Part shown: piece by piece, positions 21,202 through 31,404 of the stretch
Layout of the letters: the number at the start of each line of letters is the position of its first letter
Numbering within the stretch: the first letter of the stretch is position 1
Assembly: GCA_963719515.1 (NCBI GenBank)
Contig: CAVRCJ010000001.1
Location: 32,001 to 96,000 of the forward strand
Direction of reading: 5' to 3'
Source of the DNA: an uncultured cyanobacterium
GTDB lineage: Bacteria; Cyanobacteriota; Cyanobacteriia; CAKZMO01
Length of the DNA: 64,000 bases
The notes under the pieces: model-generated
What the model was told of the DNA's origin: nothing
Database searches by the model: none
Seen by the model: only the letters and a program-made list of their open reading frames with translations
Made by a program: the position numbers and the translations under genes

Positions 21202-22673
21202 ATGCCACTCACCCTCTACAACACGCTGACCCGCCGTAAAGAGCCCTTCGAGCCCCTCACCGCGGGCCGGGTGAGCCTGTACTGCTGCGGCGTCACCGTC
21301 TACGACTACTGCCATTTGGGCCATGCCCGCTCCTACATCGTTTGGGACACCGTGCGGCGCTACCTAGAGTGGCGGGGCTACGCCGTCCGCTACGTGCAAA
21401 ACTTTACCGACATCGACGATAAAATTTTGCGGCGGGCGGTGCAGGAAGGCTCCTCTATGACCGCCGTTTCTGAAAAGTACATCCAGGCCTACTTTGAGGA
21501 TATGGCGCGGCTCAACGTGCGGGAGGCCGACGAGTATCCCCGCGCTACCCACACCATGGACGGCATTCAGCGGCTGATTCACGAGCTAGAGCAAAAGGGT
21601 GCTGCCTACGCCGCCGCAGGAGATGTCTACTACGCGGTGCAGACGTTTCCTGAATACGGCAAGCTTTCGGGGCGGCGCTTAGAAGATCTTCAGGCTGGGG
21701 CCAGCGGTCGGGTAGAGGCCAGCCCCAATGCCCCAAAGAAGGCCTACCCCTTTGACTTTGCCCTCTGGAAAAGCGCCAAGCCAGATGAGCCGAGCTGGGA
21801 CTCGCCTTGGGGCCCCGGACGACCGGGATGGCACATCGAATGCTCTGCGATGGTGCGCGATCGCCTTGGGGAGTCCATCGACATTCACGTCGGGGGAGGA
21901 GATTTGGTGTTTCCTCACCACGAGAACGAAATTGCCCAGTCGGAAGCGGCCACCGGCAAACCCCTAGCCCGCTACTGGATGCATAACGGCATGGTGAACG
22001 TGGGGGGGGAAAAGATGTCCAAGTCTTTGGGCAACTTCACCACCATTCGTCAGCTGCTGGAGACAGGGATAGACCCGAGGGTGCTGCGGCTGTTTGTGCT
22101 TCAGGCCCAGTACCGCAAGCCCATCGATTTTACCGATGAGGCGATCGCCTCCGCCCGCAACGGCTGGGAGACGCTGCGGGATGGCCTGACCTTTGGCTAC
22201 CGGCACGGCAAGGATTTGGGATGGTCTGACGGTGGAGACGAGTCTGAGTCCGAGCTGCAGCGCCCCTGCCTGACAGCGATGCCGTAGCCCAGTTCCAGCA
22301 GGCCATGGATGACGACTTCAACACCTCGGGGGCGCTAGTGCCCTTGTTCGAATTGGCCAAAGCGCTGAAGCGGGCCAGCAACCTAATCGTTCACGCGGGG
22401 CAGGCCGACAGCGATGCGGTTCCGCTGCGTCAGCAGTGGCAGTCGCTGGTTGCTCTGGCGCAGGTGTTGGGGCTGGAGGTGTCTGCGGCAGACGCCAGGA
22501 CACCGGCCCTCGCCCTAGATGCTGCCGATATTGAGACCAAAATTCAGCAGCGGCGAGAGGCCAAGCAGGCCAAGAAATACGCCGAGGCCGACCAAATTCG
22601 CGAGCAGCTCAGCGCCCAGGGGGTGGTGCTCGTAGACAAGCCGGGGGGCGTAACGGAGTGGCATCGGGCCTGA
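21202..22673 (+). CDS. cysS: Cysteine--tRNA ligase, split by a single-base frameshift near 22254 (probable sequencing error)
   Basis: [28 protein letters not shown] in 21202-22287; AMDDDFNT and ADQIREQL anticodon-binding part in the -1 frame. Adding 1 nt gives 490 aa. Confidence 0.93.
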
Positions 22674-22805
22674 ACCATCAAGGCGCGAGCACTTCGATAC
22701 CGACAGGCGGGCACAAAGGTCAGGAATTCTAACGAATCGTAAATTGTCAGGACGGCTAGGTCGCAGCTTCGAAAAGTAGATTACCCCCATCTACGCCACC
22801 TAGCT

Positions 22806-23960
22806 ATGACCCAGTCCACCCTACTCCGCCACGCCAAACAGGGTAACCCCACCGCCATCGCCACCCTCATCAATCGCCATGCCCGACACCAAGGCGTGGT
22901 CGCCCACGTCAGTCTACAAGGGGACTGTCTGCACGTCATTCTGGAAGGGCAAGAGCCCCCCCTCCAGACCTTTTGGAGTCACTACCTAGAGCGGGCGCTC
23001 AGCCAGCTCGGCACAACGGCAGTTAGGCAACTTCAAGTTTATGGACGGTGCTATGGCGCAAAGCATTCGGCCTGGAGTGAAACCATAGCGCTGGGGGACA
23101 ATACGCTTGTAACTGCCCCAGCCGCCTCTGTTCCCAGCGCTTCTATGCCTACCGTCTCTATTGCCGTGCCGCCCAGCAGACCGTCTAGTAGTGCTGTACC
23201 CGACAACAGCAGCGCTTGGACTTTCAGGACCACGGCAGTACCGGTGACGAAGCCGCAACCGAGTGCTTGGTTGACAGCGGGCGCTAAAGCCGACTGTCAA
23301 CGGCAATCGCCGGCGCCCTCTCGCCGCAGTTCTTCAAAACCTAGCGTCGGCTTAGAAACAGGCCGCTGGCGATCGCTCCTGCAAACGCTGACTCACCTTA
23401 ATCTAGCGCTGGCGCTACAGTGGCTGGGCTCCATGCTGCTGGTGGGGGGCGGTGCGGCTGGGCTCCACGCCTGGGGCAGGTCGAGCGGCGTTTTAGCTGG
23501 GCTTGGGGGCCAAGTTCCCCAGTTTGCCCTGATAGCGCTGGGCCTTGGCGCTCTGGGCTGGCTGAGCGGCCAGATACAGGCCACCCTATTGAACGGCTGG
23601 GTCGTGTCCAGCGATCGCTGGACGGTGGTGACGGTTTTGGGCGCGGTTTTAGGCTGGGCTGCAGGACTGCTTACGGGAGCGCCGGTCCTAGCGCTACCGA
23701 TTTTGGCCGTCTTTCAATGGACGGCGCTGCGTCAGTGGCAATCTCAGGCCTACGGCTGGATAGTGGTCCATAGCGCGACGGCGATCGCCGCGTTGATGCT
23801 GATGCCGCTGCTGCGGCCTGCCGCAGTGGGATGGGGCAATACGCTTTCCGCAGGTTATTTTGAGACGGGCCATGGGCTCACCGCCGACGTTGCGCTGCTG
23901 TGGCTGTTCTACAGCGGGGGGGGCGCGCTCGCGGCAGGAAAGGTTTTTTATCGCCCTTAA
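22806..23960 (+). CDS. Hypothetical membrane protein
   Basis: N-terminal AKQGNPTAIATLIN...LHVILE domain, Pro/Ser linker, multi-TM C-terminus. Confidence 0.7.
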   Translation: MTQSTLLRHAKQGNPTAIATLINRHARHQGVVAHVSLQGDCLHVILEGQEPPLQTFWSHYLERALSQLGTTAVRQLQVYGRCYGAKHSAWSETIALGDNTLVTAPAASVPSASMPTVSIAVPPSRPSSSAVPDNSSAWTFRTTAVPVTKPQPSAWLTAGAKADCQRQSPAPSRRSSSKPSVGLETGRWRSLLQTLTHLNLALALQWLGSMLLVGGGAAGLHAWGRSSGVLAGLGGQVPQFALIALGLGALGWLSGQIQATLLNGWVVSSDRWTVVTVLGAVLGWAAGLLTGAPVLALPILAVFQWTALRQWQSQAYGWIVVHSATAIAALMLMPLLRPAAVGWGNTLSAGYFETGHGLTADVALLWLFYSGGGALAAGKVFYRP

Positions 23961-24652
23961 GGCCTGATTTGCAGGTCGCGAACGGGCTTTTCTATAAGGC
24001 AGCGCCAGTGGCAGACAAACAGGTCGGGAGACTGACGTCCTTGGCTGGCTAGGGCAGGGGCGGCGGGGAAGGGCCACAGCCGATCAAAGGTGATGCGATC
24101 GCCCTGACAAGCCGCCTGCAGTAAGTAAACGGCGGGCGGTGCCGTTAGGGCAGTGAGCAGCCAACGGCCCAGCCGGTACAGCGGCTGTCGCTGCGCATCC
24201 GACAGGTAAACGGGCTGCTGAAAGCTCTGCCCGATGCTGCCGGATGGCCCAGTTAAGGGATCTTGACCAATCGCTTCACCGTATAAAGGCCCTTTGGCGG
24301 TTAGCACTAAAGGAATCCATAGATTGCCCTCCCCAACGCTGTAGCCCTCGGCGGAAACGCGCTGCCTCAGCCCCGCCACGTCGCGGCAGGCGTTGTAGAG
24401 CTGCTGCCGGGGGAAGGAAACGTCTGGAACAAGGGTTAGAGGGCAAAGGATATCGGCTTTAAGAGGGCGCGAGGGCTGTCGCTCGCTCTCCGCTGTGGCA
24501 ACGTTGATCGTTACGTCGCCCTGCGCCGAGGTCGCGGGCAGCGGAGAGCTTGAATCGGCTGCCTCATCAGCCAAGATAGCCCGCTCCATCGCAGCTGCGA
24601 TGGCGACGCTGCCGGGCTCAGACGTCGACGTTATCAGGGTAATGGCAACCAC
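23957..24652 (-). CDS. Conserved cyanobacterial hypothetical protein
   Basis: WIPLVLTAKGPLYGEAIG and FDRLWPFPAAPA motifs; co-oriented with the upstream gene. Confidence 0.7.
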   Translation of the reverse strand: MVAITLITSTSEPGSVAIAAAMERAILADEAADSSSPLPATSAQGDVTINVATAESERQPSRPLKADILCPLTLVPDVSFPRQQLYNACRDVAGLRQRVSAEGYSVGEGNLWIPLVLTAKGPLYGEAIGQDPLTGPSGSIGQSFQQPVYLSDAQRQPLYRLGRWLLTALTAPPAVYLLQAACQGDRITFDRLWPFPAAPALASQGRQSPDLFVCHWRCLIEKPVRDLQIRP

Positions 24653-24664
24653 GCGGGGCTCGGG

Positions 24665-25210
24665 TTAAGACGCGTAGCGCGCGTCGGAGACCGCACTCAA
24701 GCGAGGAAACGTTGGCAAGTCGAGCTGGGCAATCTGGCGATCGCGCACGGCTAGGCGATAGCTGACGCTGTTGAGCTCTGTCTGTAGGCTGCGGTTGGTC
24801 TGCTGCAGCTTGAGAATCTTGGCCTTTACGGGCACCATGCGCTCGGCAAACTTCTGCTTGTAAATCTGGGGCATCTCCCGCAGCGCGGTTTCTAGCAGCT
24901 GGACACGGGAGTTGAGCTGAGTAACGGACTGCTGCAGGTGGACAAGTTCAGCCTCACGCTGCTGCAGACGAGTGCGGTAGTCAGCCGTTCTGTGCTTCTC
25001 GCTTTGGAGCTGCTGCTTAAGGGACTTTAGCTCGGTGGGGGTGGTGCGGCTAGCCGTTGGCACCTGTTCCCGGACCAGCCGAAACAGCTCTTGGGAGAGC
25101 TGCTGCACCAGCTGGTCCCGCAGCCGCAGCTCCGATTGAAGACGAACGAGCTCGGCCTGAGCTTCGGATTGCTTATTGGACCGTCTTAGAGGTGAAGAAA
25201 GAAGGGTCAC
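24665..25210 (-). CDS. Coiled-coil protein (Npun_F5560-like)
   Basis: LRDQLVQQLSQELFRL and PQIYKQKFAERM motifs; family assignment is from memory. Confidence 0.65.
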   Translation of the reverse strand: MTLLSSPLRRSNKQSEAQAELVRLQSELRLRDQLVQQLSQELFRLVREQVPTASRTTPTELKSLKQQLQSEKHRTADYRTRLQQREAELVHLQQSVTQLNSRVQLLETALREMPQIYKQKFAERMVPVKAKILKLQQTNRSLQTELNSVSYRLAVRDRQIAQLDLPTFPRLSAVSDARYAS

Positions 25211-25358
25211 ATTCCCGCTCCAGGAGAGTAACGTTTTCAGGCGGCGAGTATAGTGCAGCTTTGTCTACTGATCCGCTATAGGCACCATCTAGCCACCTAT
25301 TGTATTAGCGAGGCACATTTGTTACAAGTCCTGGAGACGAATTCCTCAACAAGCGAGC

Positions 25359-25685
25359 CTATTGAGCGGCCGCTTCCTCGGCCTCTTCAGCCTCTTCAAC
25401 TAGCTCTTGCTTGATGGTTAAGAAGCGCAAAACAGCCTCGCTCAGCCGCATGGCGCGCTGCATGATGGCGATCGCTTCCCCAGGAGCGCGGTAGTTCATC
25501 TGGATGTAGATGCCTTCTCGCTGCCGGTCAATCTCGTAGGAGAGGCGGCGCTTGCCCCGGTGCTGGATATCGATGTCCTGGGCACCGTTTTCTAGCAGAA
25601 TGTTTTGGTAGGTGGCAATGACCTGGTCAGCATCCTCTTCACCCAGGCTGGGGCGGAGGATGTACATGGTTTCGTAGGTGTTCAT
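25359..25685 (-). CDS. rpsF: 30S ribosomal protein S6
   Basis: [27 protein letters not shown] motifs. Confidence 0.97.
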   Translation of the reverse strand: MNTYETMYILRPSLGEEDADQVIATYQNILLENGAQDIDIQHRGKRRLSYEIDRQREGIYIQMNYRAPGEAIAIMQRAMRLSEAVLRFLTIKQELVEEAEEAEEAAAQ

Positions 25686-25698
25686 AGCAGCTTTAGGT

Positions 25699-25768
25699 TC
25701 CTTATGGACAATAGGGCTGCGCGTTTCAAGGGGGCAACATTGGGCCTTTACCTTTACCGCAGCAAGGA
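25699..25768 (-). promoter_or_regulatory. rpsF leader RNA (S6:S18 autoregulatory-type structure)
   Basis: Minus strand TCCTT-GCTGCG...CGCAGC-CCTATTGTCCAT-AAGGA: TCCTT can pair with the SD-like AAGGA, a GCTGCG/CGCAGC inner stem, and a CC-containing loop. TATGAT -10 box at 25780-25775. Confidence 0.7.
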
Positions 25769-25837
25769 TTTTCCATCATATCCTAAATTGTTGATGGAAC
25801 AATACGAGAATTGACTCTGAATCTACGTCAGCTAACT

Positions 25838-26323
25838 ATGCCAACTAACCTCACGCTACGACCGGCAGAGGCCCAAGACGTGCCCCTGATTTTACAGTTC
25901 ATCCATGAGCTTGCAGACTACGAAAAGCTGCGCCATGAGTCTGTCGCCACCGAAACGCTGCTGCAGGAGCACCTGTTTGGTCCCACGCCTAGCGCTGCCG
26001 TCTTGCTTGCCGAGTGGGACAGCGCACCTGCAGGCATGGCCCTGTACTTCCGCACCTTTTCCACTTTCCTAGGTCTTCCCGGCCTCTACCTCGAAGATCT
26101 CTACGTTAGACCCGAATTTCGCGGACGGGGCATTGGGCGATCGCTGCTGGTGAAGCTGGCCCAGCTCGCCGTGGAGCGGGGCTACGGGCGGTTGGAGTGG
26201 TCAGTGCTCAACTGGAACGAGCCTGCCATTGGATTCTATAAAGGGTTAGGGGCGAAGCCCTTAGACGAGTGGACGGGATACCGGCTCACCGGGGATGCCC
26301 TGACTCAGGTCGCGGCGGAATAG
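25838..26323 (+). CDS. GNAT family N-acetyltransferase (spermidine/diamine acetyltransferase-like)
   Basis: ELADYEK, LYLEDLYVRPEFRGRGIG, LEWSVLNWNEPAIGFY motifs. Confidence 0.92.
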   Translation: MPTNLTLRPAEAQDVPLILQFIHELADYEKLRHESVATETLLQEHLFGPTPSAAVLLAEWDSAPAGMALYFRTFSTFLGLPGLYLEDLYVRPEFRGRGIGRSLLVKLAQLAVERGYGRLEWSVLNWNEPAIGFYKGLGAKPLDEWTGYRLTGDALTQVAAE

Positions 26324-26358
26324 GGCTCGGCGGCGGTCGGCTCGCCCCTGAGGCAGGG

Positions 26359-27033
26359 TTAGATGTCGGCTTTAGACAATCGCTGCAGCGAGAGCACTGC
26401 CGACGCCGCCACGTGACGGTGGTCGTCTTTGGCCAGGTACCGCAGCGCCGACAGGCTCTTCTCCGTCGGCAGCTGACCCAAGGCCTCTGCTAGGCGCTGC
26501 CGCACCAGCCAGTCTTCGGATTGGGCAAAGGTCAGAATTTTGTCCACCGAGTCAATCGCCTTAATTTCCCCCAGGGCAGCGATCGCCGCTTGGTGAATCA
26601 CCACCTCAGGGCTATCGAGCGCCTGCATCAGCGCGTCGTAGGCACGGGGATCCTTGAGGTTTCCCAGGGCAACGGCGGCGCTAAAGCGTACTAGCCAGTC
26701 CACATCTTCGTACAGCGCCCGGTTCAGCACCTCAAAGGCGCGGGGGTCTTCGAGATAGCCCAACGCCCCCGCCGCGTCAGCTCGAATGCCGTAGTCGGGG
26801 TCACCCTCTAAAAGCCGAACTAGCGTAGGATAGCTGTCGTCGTTAGGCTTCACCCCTAGGGCAAAGACCGCCATAGAGCGAACCTGCAGGTTCTCATCGT
26901 CGATCACTTTTTTGATCAGGGGAGCGGCTTCCTCAGCAGAATAATGTCTGAGGTTGGCCAGCGCCACCATGCGATCGCCCGACTTCTCGCTCTCCAGTTT
27001 CTCGGCAATCTGCTCCAGGGTCATCGGCGTCAT
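26359..27033 (-). CDS. HEAT-repeat phycobiliprotein lyase-like protein (NblB-like)
   Basis: Repeated HEAT_PBS units (VRSMAVFALG, IRADAAGALG, VRFSAAVALG, VRQRLAEALG). Confidence 0.85.
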   Translation of the reverse strand: MTPMTLEQIAEKLESEKSGDRMVALANLRHYSAEEAAPLIKKVIDDENLQVRSMAVFALGVKPNDDSYPTLVRLLEGDPDYGIRADAAGALGYLEDPRAFEVLNRALYEDVDWLVRFSAAVALGNLKDPRAYDALMQALDSPEVVIHQAAIAALGEIKAIDSVDKILTFAQSEDWLVRQRLAEALGQLPTEKSLSALRYLAKDDHRHVAASAVLSLQRLSKADI

Positions 27034-27114
27034 TCAGCGTCTCTCATGTTTGAAACTTATCTTAATGTTATCGAAAACTTTCAGGTCTTGAATCCGACTC
27101 AAGAATGAGACGCT

Positions 27115-29001
27115 TCAATCGCCCCCCTGCTGGAGCGCATAGACGGAGACCCGCTGCAAACGGCCTTTGAGCTTAAAGCTACCTACGCGACGACAGGGAT
27201 AAGTATTGCCTAAGGCCTGGCGCGTTGCCTCCGTCAGCAGCAGCGAGTAGGGATTCTCAGCCACTACGACCTTGTTGAGTTCCTCTAGCCGCGCCGCCAC
27301 GTTGACCGTGTCTCCAACGATGGAGTAGTTTAGCCGCTGGCGATTGCCCACGCTCCCTGCGGTCACCGCGCCCGTATGAATGCCGGTCCCGATATTTATT
27401 GGGGCATAGCCATCCTGCAAAAGCTTTTGATTCAGCCGCTGCACCTGCTCGTGAATTTTGAGGCAGGCTTCTATCGCCCGAGTCGCATCTCCCCCAATCG
27501 CGGCGGCGTCTGCCTGTTCTGTCGGGGTGCCGAAGTAGGCCATCACCTCATCTCCAATAAACTTATCAACCCTGCCCCCCTGAATAGTGATCTGCTCGGT
27601 TATGGCGTTTAGATATTGGTTCAGCCAGTGCATGAGGGTCTTAGAGGAAAGCTGTTCGGCCACGGTGGTAAATCCGCGAATATCGATGAACAGCACCGTG
27701 GCAACTAGGTCTTGAAGGGGCAGCTCGCCGTTTTGGAGGATGTGGTCCCGCTGCTGCCAGAGCAGCTTTGCGGTAGTGGGATCAACGTGAATTGAAAATA
27801 GCTCCATCAGCTGCTGTTTTTCCCACTGGGCGCTGGCTTGGGTGCCAGCTGCCGCGAGAAGAATTGTTCCGATAGGGGCCGCGACGGGCAGCCAAACATG
27901 GGCGAGGAGGCCGAGAAACGCCAACAGTCCCCAGGCCAGCGGGAGGCCGAGAGCTAGACGAAGTCGGGAGGAGTTGATGAGGCCAACGGTTCCCAGGCCG
28001 GCCAGCACCACAATAGGAATTAGCCCCCAGTCTGGTAAGCGCGTGAGCGATCGCCCAGCGATTAAATTGTCGATAACGGCGGCGTGGAGATAGACGTTGG
28101 CGGTGGGCGGCAATAGATCGAACGGGGTCCGCAGGGAGTCGATTGCGGTTGCCGTAACCCCTATCAAGACGATGCGATTCCTAAAGGCATCGGGCGAGAC
28201 CTGACCCGATAGGACGCAGTCCATAGAGTAGACAGAAAGCTGATCGGGACCGGGCGTAGCGCAGCTTACCGGCGCTTGAACCGGTGCGGGCCAGTTGAGC
28301 CAGAGGGTTTGCGGTATGGGCTGTGGGCCTTTCGCGATCGCCGGGAGGTTTAGGGCGTCATCCGCCGCCGTCGCTGTCTGACTTTCTCGGTAGGTTTGCA
28401 GCAGCGCCAGACCAAAGGCAGGTACATCCCCCTGGTGCGTTTCGACAGAGCGCGTGATGCCGTCTCTATCGGGGGTGACCAGCACATGCCCTTGACCCGC
28501 CGCTGCTGCCGCAAGCAGCGGTACCGGGGGCAGCGTGTTGCCTTGGGCATTTGCGGTCACGGGCAGAATGACGGTCCACTGCCGGTTGATCGCCTCCGCG
28601 AAAGCCTGATCGTAGGGAGACGGATCGGCAAACAATAGGTCGAATCCGACGGCGGCGGGCTGCGCCACAATGAGATAGTCGAGCAGATCGATGTAGTATC
28701 GCCGGCTGACAGGAAATTGTCCGTAGCGGCTCAGGGTGTGATCGTCAATGGCAATTACGGCAACGCGAGAGTCCCACTGAAGGGGCGCTATTGTCTGCCG
28801 GGCTCGAAATAGCAGCACATAGCTGGCATTGTCGAACAGTCGCCATCCTCCCACCGCTTGAATGCCTAAAGCGATCGCTGCCGTCAGTAGCCCAACTGCG
28901 CTCAGCCTCAGCCGTTTGAAACGGCGAATTCGCTTCAGCAGCTTGGGCTGACTAGGCGGCTCCTCAGCCAATGGAGTTGATGGGTCTGTGGTGGTCGCCA
29001 T
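27115..29001 (-). CDS. CHASE2-domain class III adenylate/guanylate cyclase
   Basis: VIAIDD, VGFDLLF, IVLIG (CHASE2), TM helices, LFIDIRGFT, DKFIGD, GDTVNVAARLE. Confidence 0.93.
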   Translation of the reverse strand: MATTTDPSTPLAEEPPSQPKLLKRIRRFKRLRLSAVGLLTAAIALGIQAVGGWRLFDNASYVLLFRARQTIAPLQWDSRVAVIAIDDHTLSRYGQFPVSRRYYIDLLDYLIVAQPAAVGFDLLFADPSPYDQAFAEAINRQWTVILPVTANAQGNTLPPVPLLAAAAAGQGHVLVTPDRDGITRSVETHQGDVPAFGLALLQTYRESQTATAADDALNLPAIAKGPQPIPQTLWLNWPAPVQAPVSCATPGPDQLSVYSMDCVLSGQVSPDAFRNRIVLIGVTATAIDSLRTPFDLLPPTANVYLHAAVIDNLIAGRSLTRLPDWGLIPIVVLAGLGTVGLINSSRLRLALGLPLAWGLLAFLGLLAHVWLPVAAPIGTILLAAAGTQASAQWEKQQLMELFSIHVDPTTAKLLWQQRDHILQNGELPLQDLVATVLFIDIRGFTTVAEQLSSKTLMHWLNQYLNAITEQITIQGGRVDKFIGDEVMAYFGTPTEQADAAAIGGDATRAIEACLKIHEQVQRLNQKLLQDGYAPINIGTGIHTGAVTAGSVGNRQRLNYSIVGDTVNVAARLEELNKVVVAENPYSLLLTEATRQALGNTYPCRRVGSFKLKGRLQRVSVYALQQGGD

Positions 29002-29015
29002 CGCGTCTTTATCGG

Positions 29016-29936
29016 CTACCGCCGCTCGCTTCGTAACGCTACTGAATAGTCGCGGCGATCGCCCAGAGGATTTTGGACTGAGAAGCGCGCTATCCGTCGG
29101 CGCGACAGCGGAGGGACCGAGATTCGAAATCTGCCGTTGAGGCGAGTTTCGACAATATCGCCATTGACCAGCAGGGTGTTGGAGGGGGCGATACGCCCAA
29201 CAAGAACAACACGCCCGCCGTTTGACCTCAAAGAGCGAACCTGCAGCTGCAGCGCCCTATCGAGCCGCGTCGGTAGGGAGGGTGGCTCCCCCGGCAAAAT
29301 GACGCTAGCAAAGCCGGGGTTAACCAGCACGCTGACGCCCTGGGCTCTCGCTTCTACAGCGCCGCTCTCAGTCCCAATGCTTGTTTTACCCCCTGGGGTG
29401 ACGGCAACGCCAAACTCGGTACCCCGCACTGCCGCTGTGCCTGCGGGCGTTTCTATCTCTAGGTTGGAGTTGGGATTGTTAAAGCGGCGGATCTGCAGTC
29501 GCGCTTGACCTTCCTCAATCCGCAGTGCAGTGATCCGGGCACCGTCCCGCAATGCCTGCAGACTATCGACCCTCAGACTCGTGTTTTCCGCTACCTGCAC
29601 CACGCCAATGTTGCTGTCGAGCTCTAGCGTTGACGCCGATAGGGCTGCTGTTGTCAGCCCGCTACCTCGGCGCTGCAGACGATCGCCGACCTGCGCTGGG
29701 CGCTGTCTCTGGTCTTCTCGAAACGTGACGGTTCCCTGCATTTGCTGGACCTCTAGCCACCGCTCTCCCTGGGGTAGCGATAGCCACTGGGCACGGGCAG
29801 GGGGCAGCATAATAGCCGCAGTTGTCCCTATCGTCATGAGAGTAACGCCGGTAAGCCAGATGCGCTGCGGCCTAGCACCTATGAGATGGGCCAGCATTTT
29901 GAACGTCGTCTTATCCTGTAGCTGTAGAATAGCCAT
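29016..29936 (-). CDS. FecR-domain secreted protein
   Basis: Signal-like segment, LEIETPAGTAAVRGTEF FecR motif; immediately upstream of the CHASE2 cyclase. Start uncertain. Confidence 0.85.
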   Translation of the reverse strand: MAILQLQDKTTFKMLAHLIGARPQRIWLTGVTLMTIGTTAAIMLPPARAQWLSLPQGERWLEVQQMQGTVTFREDQRQRPAQVGDRLQRRGSGLTTAALSASTLELDSNIGVVQVAENTSLRVDSLQALRDGARITALRIEEGQARLQIRRFNNPNSNLEIETPAGTAAVRGTEFGVAVTPGGKTSIGTESGAVEARAQGVSVLVNPGFASVILPGEPPSLPTRLDRALQLQVRSLRSNGGRVVLVGRIAPSNTLLVNGDIVETRLNGRFRISVPPLSRRRIARFSVQNPLGDRRDYSVALRSERR

Positions 29937-30200
29937 GTGAAGGAACGCTATAGTTTCTCTGACCCTTGTATGCCCAATGTCAGCGGTATACCCAATGTCG
30001 TCTGGGCGTACTCACAGGCAATAAACCACGTTTTGGCAACTCCAGTTTCCAACCTAGACGAAGTTTGTCTGAAGGCGTAACTAGAGCAGCTAATTGATGG
30101 GTATGCCTTAGCCAGTGCTGCAAATATCGCTGAGGACACTGCATAGTTCCAATGGTGACATCCTCCCGACGCTGATGCTACGCATACAGCGCGGGCTTCC

Positions 30201-31397
30201 TCAGTGACTCCCAGCTACTGCTGAGACATTTCCTGAGAGATTAAGGGCTTGATGTCCCACAGCCCTATTCAATAGGTTGATAGCCGCGTTGTGGTCGCGA
30301 CAGATCGTTAAGCCGCATGACGGGCAACTATGGACCCGATCGGCCAGCGTCTTTGGTACCCGCTCACCACAACCCGAGCAATCAATGCTGGTTCCGCGTG
30401 GGTTCTCAGCGATGGTCATCTTTCCAGCTTTCGCGGCTTTGAAAGAGCCTATCTCCAAGAATGTACCCCATGCGGCATCAGCGATTGACTTTGCCAGTCT
30501 GGTTCGAGCAAGTCCTTTGATGTTGAGCTTTTCATGAGCGACAACATCGTACTTTGAGAACAGCCAATCCCACACCTTAGAAAAGAAATCACGACGCTGA
30601 CGCGATATCTTTAGGTGTAGTTTGGCGATGCGATTCACCTGCTTACGCCAGCGGTTAGAGCCCTTCTTCTGTCTCGATAGCTGCCGCTGCAGCTTGGATA
30701 GCTGCCGCTCTGAGCGTCGAAAGAACTGAGGGATAGGAACGCTCTCACCGTCACTGGTAACCAAGAAATCCTTCAGCCCAACGTCAACACCGACAGACTT
30801 AGCCCTATCGACATCCGGAGTAAGCATCGGAACGGCATTGTTTTCCAGTAACAGGCTCACATACCAACCATCTGCTTTGCGAGTCACCTTGGCCGTTTTG
30901 ACAGTAAACCCATCAGGTATCGGGCGATGAAGGATTAGCTTCACCTGACCAATCTTAGGCAGGGTAATACGACTTCCATCGATGCAGTCAGGTTTCATCT
31001 GCGGGAACGTGAACGTCCTGTAGCGCCCCGCGCCTTTGAACCGAGGCTTGCCGCTACGCTTACCATTCCTATCACCTTTGATGAAACGCTCGAACGTCTG
31101 CTTTACCTGCTTCGTCACCTCCTGAAGCGCTTGTGAGTGCAAATCCTTGTACCAGGGTCGCTCTCGCTTGAGAGGTACTAGGCTAGCCTTCTGGCTGTAG
31201 TAATTAGGATTATCTTTGAGTGGCGCAAGGCTACAGGTGAGTGGGCAGGCGTTGACCGAACAGCGGTTCATCTCCCACCAGTCGAAGCGCTCAGCCAGCA
31301 ACCAGTTGTACTGTGCCCGAAGCATATCTAGCCATCGGGTCATGGTAACCGTTTGCTCAGCCGCTGGACGCAACTTGTACTGATAAGTGACTTTCAT
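30201..31397 (-). CDS. tnpB: RNA-guided endonuclease TnpB
   Basis: Start at MKVTYQYKLRP (ATG 31397). RuvC residues present in GVDVGL, AHEKLN, RDHNAA; zinc finger CSGCG...CPSCG. Confidence 0.95.
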   Translation of the reverse strand: MKVTYQYKLRPAAEQTVTMTRWLDMLRAQYNWLLAERFDWWEMNRCSVNACPLTCSLAPLKDNPNYYSQKASLVPLKRERPWYKDLHSQALQEVTKQVKQTFERFIKGDRNGKRSGKPRFKGAGRYRTFTFPQMKPDCIDGSRITLPKIGQVKLILHRPIPDGFTVKTAKVTRKADGWYVSLLLENNAVPMLTPDVDRAKSVGVDVGLKDFLVTSDGESVPIPQFFRRSERQLSKLQRQLSRQKKGSNRWRKQVNRIAKLHLKISRQRRDFFSKVWDWLFSKYDVVAHEKLNIKGLARTRLAKSIADAAWGTFLEIGSFKAAKAGKMTIAENPRGTSIDCSGCGERVPKTLADRVHSCPSCGLTICRDHNAAINLLNRAVGHQALNLSGNVSAVAGSH

Positions 31398-31404
31398 GCA
31401 ATAA

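Noticed and set aside
30135..30154. TnpB guide targeting another site in the window
   Set aside because: Only 9-nt matches (TTCCAATGG near 3882 and 59082) were noticed, too short to be meaningful.
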